Shown here in pieces: positions 1 to 9,825 of a stretch of DNA of 35,965 nt (its first letter is position 1; each line of letters starts with the position of its first letter). The position numbers and the translations under genes were made by a program. Under the pieces are notes generated by a model. It was not told the DNA's origin. It made no database searches and saw nothing but the letters and a program-made list of their open reading frames with translations. The DNA comes from Catajapyx aquilonaris (Eukaryota). Where the stretch lies: the NCBI GenBank assembly GCA_000934665.2, contig KZ539028.1, positions 1-35,965 of the forward strand. The letters are read 5' to 3'.

Positions 1-136
1 CATGTAATGGCCAAAATTAATTCGCATTGTTGTGGGATAAATCGGAGCAGACTTGTAACGAGAATCCGATCAGCAGCGCCATCTAGACGCGGGAAGTTAC
101 CAGGAGCCAATAAGTTCGCGCATTTTGCGACCTCGA

Positions 137-547
137 GTCGTAAAACGCGAGCTCGCGGCGAGGTCACTTCCCACGAGCTCGGGGAGACGTCGTGTTTTGC
201 GACCATCGGGCGAGGTCGCAAGGTACACGTCGTGAAACGCGAGCTCGCGGCGAGGTCACATTCCACGAGCTCGCGGAGACGTCGTGTTTTGCGACCATCG
301 GGCGAGGTCGCAAGGTACACGTCGTGAAACGCGAGCTCGCGGCGAGGTCACTTCCCACGAGCTCGCGGAGACGTCGTGTTTTGCGACCATCGGGCGAGGT
401 CGCAAGGTACACGTCGTGAAATGCGAGGTCGCGGCGAGGTCACTTTCCACGAGCTCGCGGAGACGTCGTGTTTTGCGACCATCGGGCGAGGTCGCAAGGT
501 ACACGTCGTGAAACGCGAGCTCGCGGCGAGGTCACTTCCCACGAGCT
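137..547. repeat. CpG-rich 92-bp tandem repeat, ~4.5 near-identical copies, plus a degenerate copy at ~585-665
   Basis: Unit GTCGTGAAACGCGAGCTCGCGGCGAGGTCAC...GGTCGCAAGGTACAC restarts at 137, 229, 321, 413 and 505, with only a few differences per copy. It contains the palindrome CGCGAGCTCGCG and the inverted pair TTGCGACC/GGTCGCAA. Confidence 0.95.
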
Positions 548-684
548 GGAGGTGAAAGTGTTGAACATTTGTTCAGTAATCCGGTCTGCGAGGTGGCACG
601 ATGTGATTGCGAGCTCCATACGAGGTTGCAAGGTCCACACGACCTCACTGCGAGCTCGTGGCAATGTCAAATTTTGGTAAGGGA

Positions 685-1131
685 TTCCTTCAGAGGCATG
701 TTCGGTTTTTTGAGGAGTATTTTTTGTGCTCTCGAAAGGACCAAAATCGTTCTAAAGTAATACGAATCATGTTTCCGTGACACGAATGCCAAATATTTTC
801 CTAAATTTTCCTCTGATTTGAAAAATATTTGGCAACATATTGGGGCAAATGATGGAAACTGGCTATAAGCGGTAGAGTCCAGAGCAAGTGATACTTGCTT
901 GCACTTTGTCTTTTGCCATAATTTTGTGATTTTCTGTCAGTTTATCGCTGTTATTCCATTTTTGCTCTGGTTTGCGACCTTAATACTTTAGGCCTATAAA
1001 ATTATTATGGCTTTTTTATTTTCTGTAACATTATCCTCCATATGCCCAAAACAGTAAACTTTTTTGTGACTATTTGAGGTTTTTTCGTGCCTATTTCGGG
1101 GTTTTTTTCGTGCCTAAAAATCCGGACTCTA
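685..1131 (-). mobile_element. Truncated, inverted copy of the hAT-like MITE at 10533-11294
   Basis: Reverse complement aligns to ~10533-11037 and ends in the TIR TGCCTAAAAATCCGGACTCTA; the other terminus is missing. Confidence 0.85.
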
Positions 1132-1209
1132 TTAATAATACACATTAGCAATCATGGGACACGTCCTCTGAATGACATGAGAGAAGATTCTTGAATATGA
1201 GAAGTTCGC

Positions 1210-1223
1210 CCGGAAATGACGTA
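1210..1223 (+). promoter_or_regulatory. Possible ETS-CRE composite promoter motif upstream of ASB-like copy 1
   Basis: CCGGAAATGACGTA resembles CCGGAAGTGACGTCA. It lies ~0.9 kb upstream of the first coding exon, which is preceded by a splice acceptor (TTCCAG at 2125), implying an upstream non-coding exon. Motif match only. Confidence 0.3.
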
Positions 1224-1534
1224 TCATAGTCCGTGTCATATTCTGATCGAGCAAATGTTCTGCCGGCTGACTTGCTCATTAGAGTTTGCTAATCTCGGTT
1301 TTTGCCGTGCTTGGTAACGCTAAAGTCGTTAATGAAAACTTTTCCTCAGCCATAAAGTTGATAAACTTCTCGCGTCCTTGGAGTGACCCATTATCGTCGC
1401 ACTCGTAGACTACTCTTTATCGATATACTGTCTAGGCCCTACTTGGTGGATATGAGGAGAATCATCCTCCAGTGTCTCAGGCATTGAATATTCGTCGCGC
1501 TCATCTTCTTCAATATGAAATAATATTGCTGACA

Positions 1535-1815
1535 GGTTTGGTTTGGTTTGGTTTATTAAGAAGAAGCCAAAGCTACTGTGGCTATCTGGCTATAAGAAGA
1601 AGCAAAGGTGGGACAGATGGAGAGAGAAACGAAGAGGAAAAAGAAGAGAGGAAAGACTGGTATCTCTTTTAGTCAGTCTCCTATCCCAAAGACCTGTTCA
1701 GCTTGGGTGGCCCTACCAGTAGTCGAAGATACCGCCGGCATAGCTCTTGGGGTCATGGGAGAAACGCAAACCCCACCAGATGACAGCACGATGCTCAAAA
1801 CCATCGATGATGATT
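1535..1815 (-). mobile_element. RTE-clade-derived short retroelement (RTE 5'UTR-like domain plus (CCAAA)n tail)
   Basis: Minus strand reads GAGCTATGCCGGCGG...TAGGGCCACCCAAGCTGAACAGGTC, resembling the conserved 5' region of RTE/BovB LINEs as I recall it, and ends in AATAAACCAAACCAAACCAAACC. The segment is absent at the paralogous position (~18330-18340). Confidence 0.6.
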
Positions 1816-2137
1816 ACTCACTGCACTTTGCCATGCTTATTTTTTCCTACATTTTATACGTTTTGCATAGTGATAACTGATAAGGATGATGCAAAATCCT
1901 GTGATCAGGGCAGGTATGACTCTGCATGGTGACCAATTTAAATGACTAATTGCAAACCCCTTCAAGGAAAAGTTCATTACGTTCCGAACAGTCCTCGTAC
2001 GAGTATATGGGACTGCCAAGTTGATACAGGATTGACTGCAAAATTGTTATCGATGTGAATTTAAGATGACTTTGTGCCTTGTCACTACAGTGACCTACAC
2101 TTCGCATTGCTTCTATCTATTCCAGTGGTAACACGTG

Positions 2138-5100
2138 ATGGAGGCACAACTGTCCAGGCGCATTGGACTAATGGAGCTACTGAGAGCTGGAAAGTGGAGC
2201 GAAGCGAAAAGTGCAATTGATGCGGCCAGTCCCGGAGACACGTTGCCCGGGGGAGGTGATTAACTTGCTTAATGCGATTGTGTGCTACACGGATAACTCT
2301 GAATGCGTTTTATTCAACATTATTTATACAGGGAGTTTAGGAAATATGACACCAAAGGTGTAAAAAACCATGCTGAGTTTTTTTTTTTTTTAACCAGCCG
2401 ATGTGTCACTACAGCCCTCCAGACGTGGCGTGTAGACACATCGTTGTTAACCGAAATTGCTAATTATTATACTTTTTCCCAGCTTTAAAGGGCTGTAGGG
2501 TCTCGCCCTTAATTTTTATGAGAAAATCCCAAATTGACCTTTTATTCAGAATACTGTAAGTTACTGTTTTTTAAAAAAAATTAGTGGCTGAGAAGCAAAG
2601 TGGTTCATGTCGAAATTCGGCCATTTTGAGTTGTCGCTTGCATGGCATTCCCCATGCCCAACTCTGTTTTGTAACTTGGCCTAAAGACATTTGTAATAAG
2701 TTATTTGCTAATCAAATTGTTAAGTTAATGGGGCTTACTTTTACCATGGCTGCAAGGCAAGCCTAGAACTTTGAATGCGTTTATCTCAAAACTCACTTTT
2801 TCGACATAACCACTCTGCTTCTCATATTTTCCTGCTGTCATATTTTCCGGACACCCTATACATAATTTCATTCACACTCCACGAGCTGCATTTACCTCTC
2901 CGAAATTTCATACAGCGACTATTATTTTTACTAATTCAGTAATAGTTTTTAGTGTGCCTTCAAAATGCCTTCAAAATGTGCAAGTTGTACTCTCGTCACA
3001 AAAAAAATGTTTCGGTCAGTCTTTATCTTGGCGCTGTACACAGGATTCACCATTCGCCTAAGCCCTAAGGCAGCAAAACATTAGGGTGTTGATGATTGTA
3101 TACGGTAATGCAAAGATACAAGTGACCGAAACTTTGTTGTACATGTGGAACAACAACCAAGGTCTCCATATCACATCAGTGCCGTGGACCGGTTGCATTT
3201 TCTCTTAAATGGTTGGTCGTCCCAAAATCATAAATAATTACTGACAGATTACCAAATAACATGCCATCATTGTTGGTAGACAACCAAACGTCATTGAAAT
3301 TTTTTTTAGTGACTTACAAATCCCAATAGTTGTTACCCTAGTGGGTGCAGGTATAATTACGATAACCGCGACGGTTATCGCAATTATACCTGTACCCACC
3401 AAGGTGATCTAGCCATTGTGCTACAGCAACTATAGCAGTCGAGTGGTGTATGGATAGGAAATATGAATCGCTTCCCTCGACCAGTTCCAGTTGGCATGCA
3501 TTCCCACCACGGTCATATAAGTAAGGTCTGGTCACTCCCACCCACCCCCTGCCGGGGCGTTTTGCAGCGGGCGCTCACCTGAGACCGCCAGGAGTCATTT
3601 CGGAGGCCCTTGGCGCTTGGCGGAGGCCACGACGACAAGTGGCGACCCTACCGGACTAAGGCTGAACTTTATAGGCACGGGGGAGGGCTCAGGGAGGGCT
3701 ACATTGGGGGGCCCAACATGGCCGCCGGCGGCCATGTTGGGCCCCCTTTGTACCTATAAAGTTCAGCCGTAGTCCGGTAGGGTCGCCACTTGTCGTGGCC
3801 TCCGAAATGACTCCTGGCGGTCTCAGGTGAGCGCCCGGTGCAAAATGCCTCGGCAGCTGATAACGCCAGAATGTAGTATAAGTGTCCGTGGGCTGATTCC
3901 CACTTTTGCCCAGGCTGTGATTCAAAATTCACATAACTGGGGCAAAAGTGATTGTCTTGATGATTCATACTCACACAGTTGCCATTGCTTTTCAGACTTT
4001 TTATTCGATTCGGCACTGATTTTTTTGCTGGGCCAGAACAATCACACATGCTTGCATCGGCCCATTCACCTCCAGTTGACTATGCTAATCCTAGAGAAAG
4101 GATATGAGGATCAATTCGTTCAAATGAGGCATGTACTGATGGCAGAGTTCATCAAAGCTTACATGGCAGCTTGGACCAAGTGTGTCAATGACACTGGAAG
4201 GTACGAGCCAGATCTCACTGCCTAATATATTATTTAGATTGGTTGTTTGACTGCTCCTATGTGTTAACTGATACCACCTTTCTGATTCAATTCCAGGAGC
4301 GAAGGTGTCCGTGATTCTGTCCCCTTTGTCATCGGATTGGAAGGAGAGACAAACATGTCCCAGAGTGAAACCAAGAGGCAGCTGCTGCAGTTTGGTCGCA
4401 CACTGGCTGGTAGGCTATACGAAAACATAATGGCGGCATTAAAACACTTGATATTCCTCCCAAATATCCATCCACAAGATCAGATTTTCATAAATGAATA
4501 TTTAAAGGGACACTCCACTCAAAATACAAGTTGGCCCCCAAAAATCGGGAAAAAAATCCTGATTCCGAATGTGCAATAGGTTTTTTTCTACGCCCAACGG
4601 TAACACGGAAAATCATATATCTACACACGTCGTCTGCTAAGAAGGGCGATACAGCACCATCCCGCGGCAAACCGGAGAAGTATAGCGCGTACAGTAAACA
4701 CCTGCCGCGCCAGGCGTCCCTGGTCTAGTTCCGCCCGGTTCCACTCTGGAGGCGTCGCCACCTGCGCGGTTTTCGAACGACACACTTCCAGCTTTCACAC
4801 TGGCCTTACCGTTCGTCTCTAAGAAAAACTGCTTATACCCTCGGAATCAGGATTTTTTGCCCGATATTTAGAACCCAACTTGTATTTTGAGTGGAGTGTC
4901 CCTTTAAAATGCAGCAAGATCATGTAGTCACATATTAGCGGATTTAGTCAGGCATTGTTCAATGCGGTCCTTGTGGCGCACCTTCTGCCGATCAAGTCTG
5001 TTTTGTGGCAGACTACACGGAACCAATTATTCACAAGGGAATTGATAACTGAAAGACATTTGTATAACCTGAATAATTATACTGTAGTGAGCTAAGTCAG

Positions 5101-7112
5101 AGGAAGCAGTGTAAGTGCTCTGTGCTCACGGGAGTGATGGCTTTATTGGAACACGGACGTGTCACATAAGCATGACCTGTTGTGCCCCGAATAAGGGTGT
5201 CCAGAGCCAGTATTTGAGTAGGTCATTATCAAAACCAGGCTACCGTTTTAGGGACAAAATTTTCAGGAAACGCGAATTTCTGATTTTGCAGTTTTTCATG
5301 GCCCAAGTAAAAGTTAGCATACTGTATGCGTTAGTCTACATGCTTTGCCATGTCACCTATCACCCAGCCCTGGGACACCCCCTTCATCTCGTGCAGAGTT
5401 TGGGCCATCTCTGGCTTCGTCTCGTGTGGGACTCCTTAGACTAACCACCCGGGGAAGTTCACAAAATGACCTCACCCACGACACTGCACTGCACTTTGGA
5501 CATCCCCTCCTAGTCACCCTGCCCGGTTGCTTCAAAAATAGGTTCCAAATGTACACATATGACTAAAGAAAGGTCCGTGTCATAAACCCCCATTTGGGGG
5601 TGAAAGCACTACCCCAGGTCTCTTAAAATAATTTGACTGATAGTTCTGCATTTCAGGAGTTATCATTAATATATTGTGCTGCATGTTAACACTCTATATT
5701 CTACAGCATCATTGATGCACAGGTGCAAATAAATTCGGGTTGATAAACTTGACTATAAAATAACATAATTATTGATACACCCACATCATCATTTGAGTTG
5801 TAGGCTACCAATTACACGAAAAGGTTCTTTTATTATAAGTGACGTCTTAAAACATATATACACCATGCACAGTTGCACACTCCATCATGCATCAACAGAC
5901 ATCGCTCTTTACTATATTATGTACTGTGCTTGCAGGTAAAATTGGTTGGAATTCCAATGAAGGGCCCGTAAATCACAGCTTCATCGACGTCCTGGGAAAT
6001 CCCGGAGGCGACGTTGATATACTGAAGCTGGTGTGTCCCGCAGGACATCACTTGAACGACGTTGATTATTACAGACGAACCCGTCTCATACACATTAGTT
6101 TATGCTCGAAACCCCAGCTTCATTTGCTTGATTACCTGTGGACTCTTTCCCCGGTAATGTACTGCACTGACTTATGTGACTTTGCCTCACAACGCAGATT
6201 GTGTCAACTCATGTTGAATTTCCAGGTGCCAGACATCCACGCGAGAGATATTAACAACAGGACAGCGCTGTGGTACGCGGTATGGCAGGGTCATACTGAG
6301 CTGGTTCGCTACCTCTGCGAGAAAGGTGCCAAGGGAGATGTAGATGGGCATGTGCACAACACGGTCAGAATGTCACCCATCGAGGTCAATCCCTTGATGG
6401 CCGGAGTACTGCATGACTCCCCTCATCTGCCGAAAAGCGAAATCTTTGACAAGGTGAATGTGGACATGATTCTTCACAAAACCGTGTCTCCTGCTGTGGA
6501 CTTGGGGTACTTGAGTGACGAGGACACGCTGACACACGTCCAGGGCCTACTTCAACACAAAACCAACTTCCCACACCTGGGACTAAGCGATAACGTGCTA
6601 CGCAACAAGTTGGTCACCCTGATGTTTGGGTCTCACTCTGCCGGATTGCAGCAGCTATGCATAAGGACCATCGTTAACCACGTGTTCTTCAGACGCAGTC
6701 CCAGAGGTACATAAGCCGTAAGCTAGTTGTCTATTCGGCGTGAAGCTAACCCAGGGTTACTTTTCCGGCAGGTGGCAGCACTTTAAACTTGCTCTCATCG
6801 TCAGAAGGGGACCGTTCTCTACCCCAAGACTACAGGACCAGCAAGGATATCATTGCTTGGCAAAGCAGTAAGGCTAGTTGCATCAGTCCGGAGGTTGTTG
6901 GAGACATGATGCACGCTCTGCGCTTACCGACCCCTCTCAAGTTATTCTTTGAGGTGGAGTTGGCAAAAGCACAGCTGTGCTTCCCTGTCAACCAATGCGA
7001 GGGTAGGCATCAGGGCACGCATCAGGGGCATCATGACGCATGGGACGAGGACGAGGACGAGGACGATGGCAATCACGAGGACGATGGCAATCACGCTGAC
7101 GATGGCCATGAA

Positions 7113-7159
<47 letters not shown>

Positions 7160-7286
7160 AGATGACGATGACGATGACGATGACGATGAAGATGTCAATC
7201 ACGATGACGATGACGGTGGCAATCACGATGACGATGACGATGACGATGACTTCTTTGGAATAAACTTTTATAGGTCATGCATTTGA
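2138..7286 (+). CDS. Ankyrin repeat and SOCS box-containing (ASB-like) protein, copy 1, ~549 aa with poly-Asp tail; exons 2138-2255, 3996-4200, 4297-4409, 5936-6153, 6226-6706, 6772-7286
   Basis: All introns are GT-AG; phases 1,2,1,0,1 chain into a 1650-nt stop-free CDS, and splice sites are conserved in the paralog. Canonical ANK repeat DINNRTALWYAVWQGHTELVRYLCEKGA with degenerate ANK-like repeats upstream; BC-box-like LQQLCIRTIV and Cul5-box-like LRLPTPLKLFF. The start codon is inferred. Confidence 0.85.
3341..3399. repeat. 59-bp near-perfect hairpin in intron 1 of copy 1
   Basis: GTGGGTGCAGGTATAATTACGATAACCG-CGA-CGGTTATCGCAATTATACCTGTACCCAC; 28-bp stem with 2 mismatches. Confidence 0.85.
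3549..3856. mobile_element. GC-rich foldback/MITE with a perfect 40-bp central palindrome (3707-3746)
   Basis: Arm CTGCCGGGGCGTTTTGCAGCGGGCGCTCACCTGAGACCGCCAGGAGTCATTTCGGAGGCC is matched by its reverse complement at 3797-3856. Absent from the paralogous intron; no TSD resolved. Confidence 0.75.
4506..4903. mobile_element. Kolobok-like non-autonomous DNA transposon (TTAA TSD, AGGG termini)
   Basis: TTAA|AGGGACACTCCACTCAAAATACAAGTTGG ... CCAACTTGTATTTTGAGTGGAGTGTCCCT|TTAA. The empty site is visible in the paralogous intron (~19993-20020). TTAA TSD with purine-purine termini fits Kolobok better than piggyBac. Confidence 0.8.
5363..5618 (+). mobile_element. tRNA-derived SINE family A, 5'-truncated copy
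   Basis: Body CCCCTTCATCTCGTGCAGAG...TCTGGCTTCGTCTCG...CATCCCCTCCTAGTCACCCTGCCC is shared with copies at 9085, 12221 and 15174; the tRNA head is missing. Confidence 0.85.
7044..7250 (+). repeat. Coding (GACGAT)n-type repeat encoding a 69-aa Asp/Glu-rich tract
   Basis: In frame in the last exon of copy 1; 53 of 69 residues are D/E, punctuated by GNH-like spacers. Confidence 0.9.
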
Positions 7287-7480
7287 TCACTGCGGAAAAC
7301 CGACTCTGTAGACCCATTGGACCTGTAAGGGTATGAACCAGATTATTATGTAGGTTATGACTGTGTTAAAGCTGTGTTATTGCTGCAGGCATGCTAGTAC
7401 GACATAGTATTGCACCTACAATATGTTATGGTTTAGGCTGAGGCTATTGCTACTCACTTGTCAGATAACTCTTGCTTATA

Positions 7481-8030
7481 CAGGTACTCTTCGGTTTACG
7501 CCGGGGATTGGTTCCAGCAGCATGCGGAGTAAAGTGAAAAGGAGTAAAAGAAAACAAAATTATCATGCTAGTAAATGAGATGGGTTTCAAAATTTTCAAA
7601 ATTTACCCACAAGGAATACAACAAGAATATTGCTGTTTTTAATTGTCAGTATTTGCAGCATTTAATACACATGTTTAATGGGAGGTTCTAGGTTGAGGGT
7701 CATCAGGTTCTGAGGTTACTTTCCCTTCATTGGCAAGAACTGAAGTACACATAGTACATAACAATGGGTACAGTGCTTCGGAGAGCAGAGACCAACAATA
7801 CAGTCCTGCATATGCAGTAGCTGTAAACTCTAGCTGCCACAATGGATCACGCAAATAATAAAAGTGCCAATACCGTAGTGTGTTTGGACTCAGAAGTGCT
7901 GCAGGGATGTCTTCATGTATAAATTTTTTTGTTATTTTCATATTTGTGAACATTTTTCGATGAAATATTTTTTCAAAGGTAATATTGAAACAGGCGTTAA
8001 TGTGAAAAGGCGTAAAACGAGGAGTACCTG
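7481..8030. mobile_element. Tc1/mariner (Tigger/pogo-like) MITE, 550 bp
   Basis: TA|CAGGTACTCTTCGGTTTACGCC ... GGCGTAAAACGAGGAGTACCTG|TA. Confidence 0.8.
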
Positions 8031-8069
8031 TACCGGAGGAACGAGGAAGGGGCATAATCTTCGCCAAGC

Positions 8070-8123
8070 GGGGGGAAAGAAGGGGGGAAAGAAAGGGGGA
8101 AAGAAGGGGGGAAAAGAAGGGAG
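8070..8123 (+). repeat. Polypurine 12-bp tandem repeat (GGGGGAAAGAAG) x ~4
   Basis: Directly visible; four G-runs are compatible with a G-quadruplex. Confidence 0.8.
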
Positions 8124-8802
8124 GCTTGCCGCCGCCAGGCGGCACTGTCGTCGGTGGACCTATGTACGGCATATCAATTTTCTCTGTTGCACTTAAACTT
8201 AATACGATATCATGGAAGTGGACTGATTGGTCGAATTCTGCGTCACAGGAAGCAATTCATGCATGCGTTGCAGGTCACTGGACATTACGTCCGCGGAGGT
8301 ATCTCTAGACACGTCATGATACGACGTATTAGTCTATGACCTATGGTAAATACTCGTAGTATACTATAAAAACCGGATATAATTATGAGAGACTTAAAAC
8401 GATTACGGAAATCAGTCTCCTATAATCAAGGTCACATCCAATTATCCACTCTTGCGAAGATTAGGCCTGCACAAAGTTTTCTGCCTGTCGTATGCCATTT
8501 AATGTAGCCTGTGACACTACTACACTGCATACTGAAAAACTTATTAATGAAATATATTATCCACAAAATTTCAAAATTAGCTAACGCCTACCGTATAATA
8601 TTACGCAGGACGAAAAAAATCCGTAATAGCCTTCTGTCGTCTCCTTATCACCTCCTTAACAGCTAATATTTTTTATCTTCAATATAGGCCTACACTCACG
8701 ACGTCAGTTATCCCCCCATTCCGTCACTTCCAGTTGCTTGAATGTTTCTGTGCTTGTAATAAATTCATTAAATTTTTATATATTAATGTATTCTGTAATA
8801 AA

Positions 8803-8883
<81 letters not shown>

Positions 8884-8886
8884 ATT
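8803..8886. repeat. Compound microsatellite (ATT)13(GTT)14
   Basis: Directly visible. Confidence 0.97.
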
Positions 8887-9084
8887 ATACATCTTGGCCT
8901 CAACACCATTTTCTGGGAGACGATCGTCAACTAGCCCCTGACGACACACCAAGAAAACTTCTGCCTGGGTGACTGGTTGTTTACTCCGCTCGTCGAACAC
9001 ACCATTCCTTGATTGCCGAACAGTTTACAGTATTTTTTGTATAAGTTTCCTACTATAACAATAGAGGCATAAAATTTAGAGGTA

Positions 9085-9303
9085 GGCGGAGTGGTGCTGC
9101 GGTAACTCATGCGCCCACGGATATTAAGGTCCCGGGTTCGATCCCAGCCCGGGGTTCCCCCCTTCATCTCGTGCAGAGTTGGGCCATCTCTGGCTTCGTC
9201 TCGGGTGGAAATTTCCGCTAGACTAATCCACCCGGGGGAGTTCACAAAATGACCAATATACGACATTGCACTTGCACTTTGCACATCCCCTCCTACTTAC
9301 CCT
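9085..9303 (+). mobile_element. tRNA-derived SINE family A, 3'-truncated copy
   Basis: A-box-like GGAGTGGTGCTGCGGTAA and B box GGTTCGATCCC, followed by the family A body. Confidence 0.85.
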
Positions 9304-9473
9304 TGAAACAATTAAAACATACACATTATGTACGGTTCCAAACATAGTGGTATCCCACTCCCCTAACAATAAGGGCTCAGGGCCCGATAATGGGGTACAG
9401 TTTTTTTTTTAAATATGCATAAAATTTATGCCCCTTCAGATATTTTATGGTTATTAAATAGTGATAAAAATAT

Positions 9474-9825
9474 AGGGTAGGTGTGGTGGCCGAGATGGTA
9501 ATGTCTCGGCTTACTGAGTGAAAGATCCCAGGTTCGATCCCCGGCTGGGATTTCCCTATCACCTCCGTCGGGAGGAGGGTCTCTGACCTGCACCTTGGAG
9601 GTGTCTGGCAACCTAACCTCCTGGGGAACAGCACATGACTCCCTTTACAGACATTTCACTTGCTCCCATGTTATGTTCCCTCCCCAAAAACGCCTATCCT
9701 TACCCTATATCCTTCCTTCCTTGCACCAGAGAGAGAAGAAAAGTTGCAATAACACTAGAAAACTGATGGTGGTATGCCACCCCCTGTAATGGCTTACAGT
9801 TGTATCACGGGGTAAATTTTTTTTA
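9474..9825 (+). mobile_element. tRNA-derived SINE family B, full length, with 18-bp TSD
   Basis: Head GGTGTGGTGGCCGAGATGGTAA...GGTTCGATCCCC; perfect direct repeat AAATAGTGATAAAAATAT at 9456-9473 and 9826-9843; body unrelated to family A. Confidence 0.85.

Noticed and set aside
137..547. CRISPR-like array, or Arg-rich ORFs in the 92-bp repeat
   Set aside because: No unique spacers, no cas genes and a eukaryotic context; the ORFs are by-products of a GC-rich repeat whose period is not a multiple of 3.
6942..7263. Alternative-frame ORFs (poly-IV and poly-MT)
   Set aside because: Shadows of the (GACGAT)n tract; only the Asp frame connects to the spliced CDS.
7272..7286. C-terminal RSCI as a prenylation signal
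   Set aside because: Cys is at position -2, not the -4 required for CaaX.
7675..8196. 165-aa minus-strand and 93-aa plus-strand ORFs
   Set aside because: They span a MITE boundary and a 12-bp purine repeat, with no domain similarity recognised.
8724..9000. Poly-I/V/L/N/T ORFs
   Set aside because: Translations of the (ATT)n(GTT)n microsatellite.
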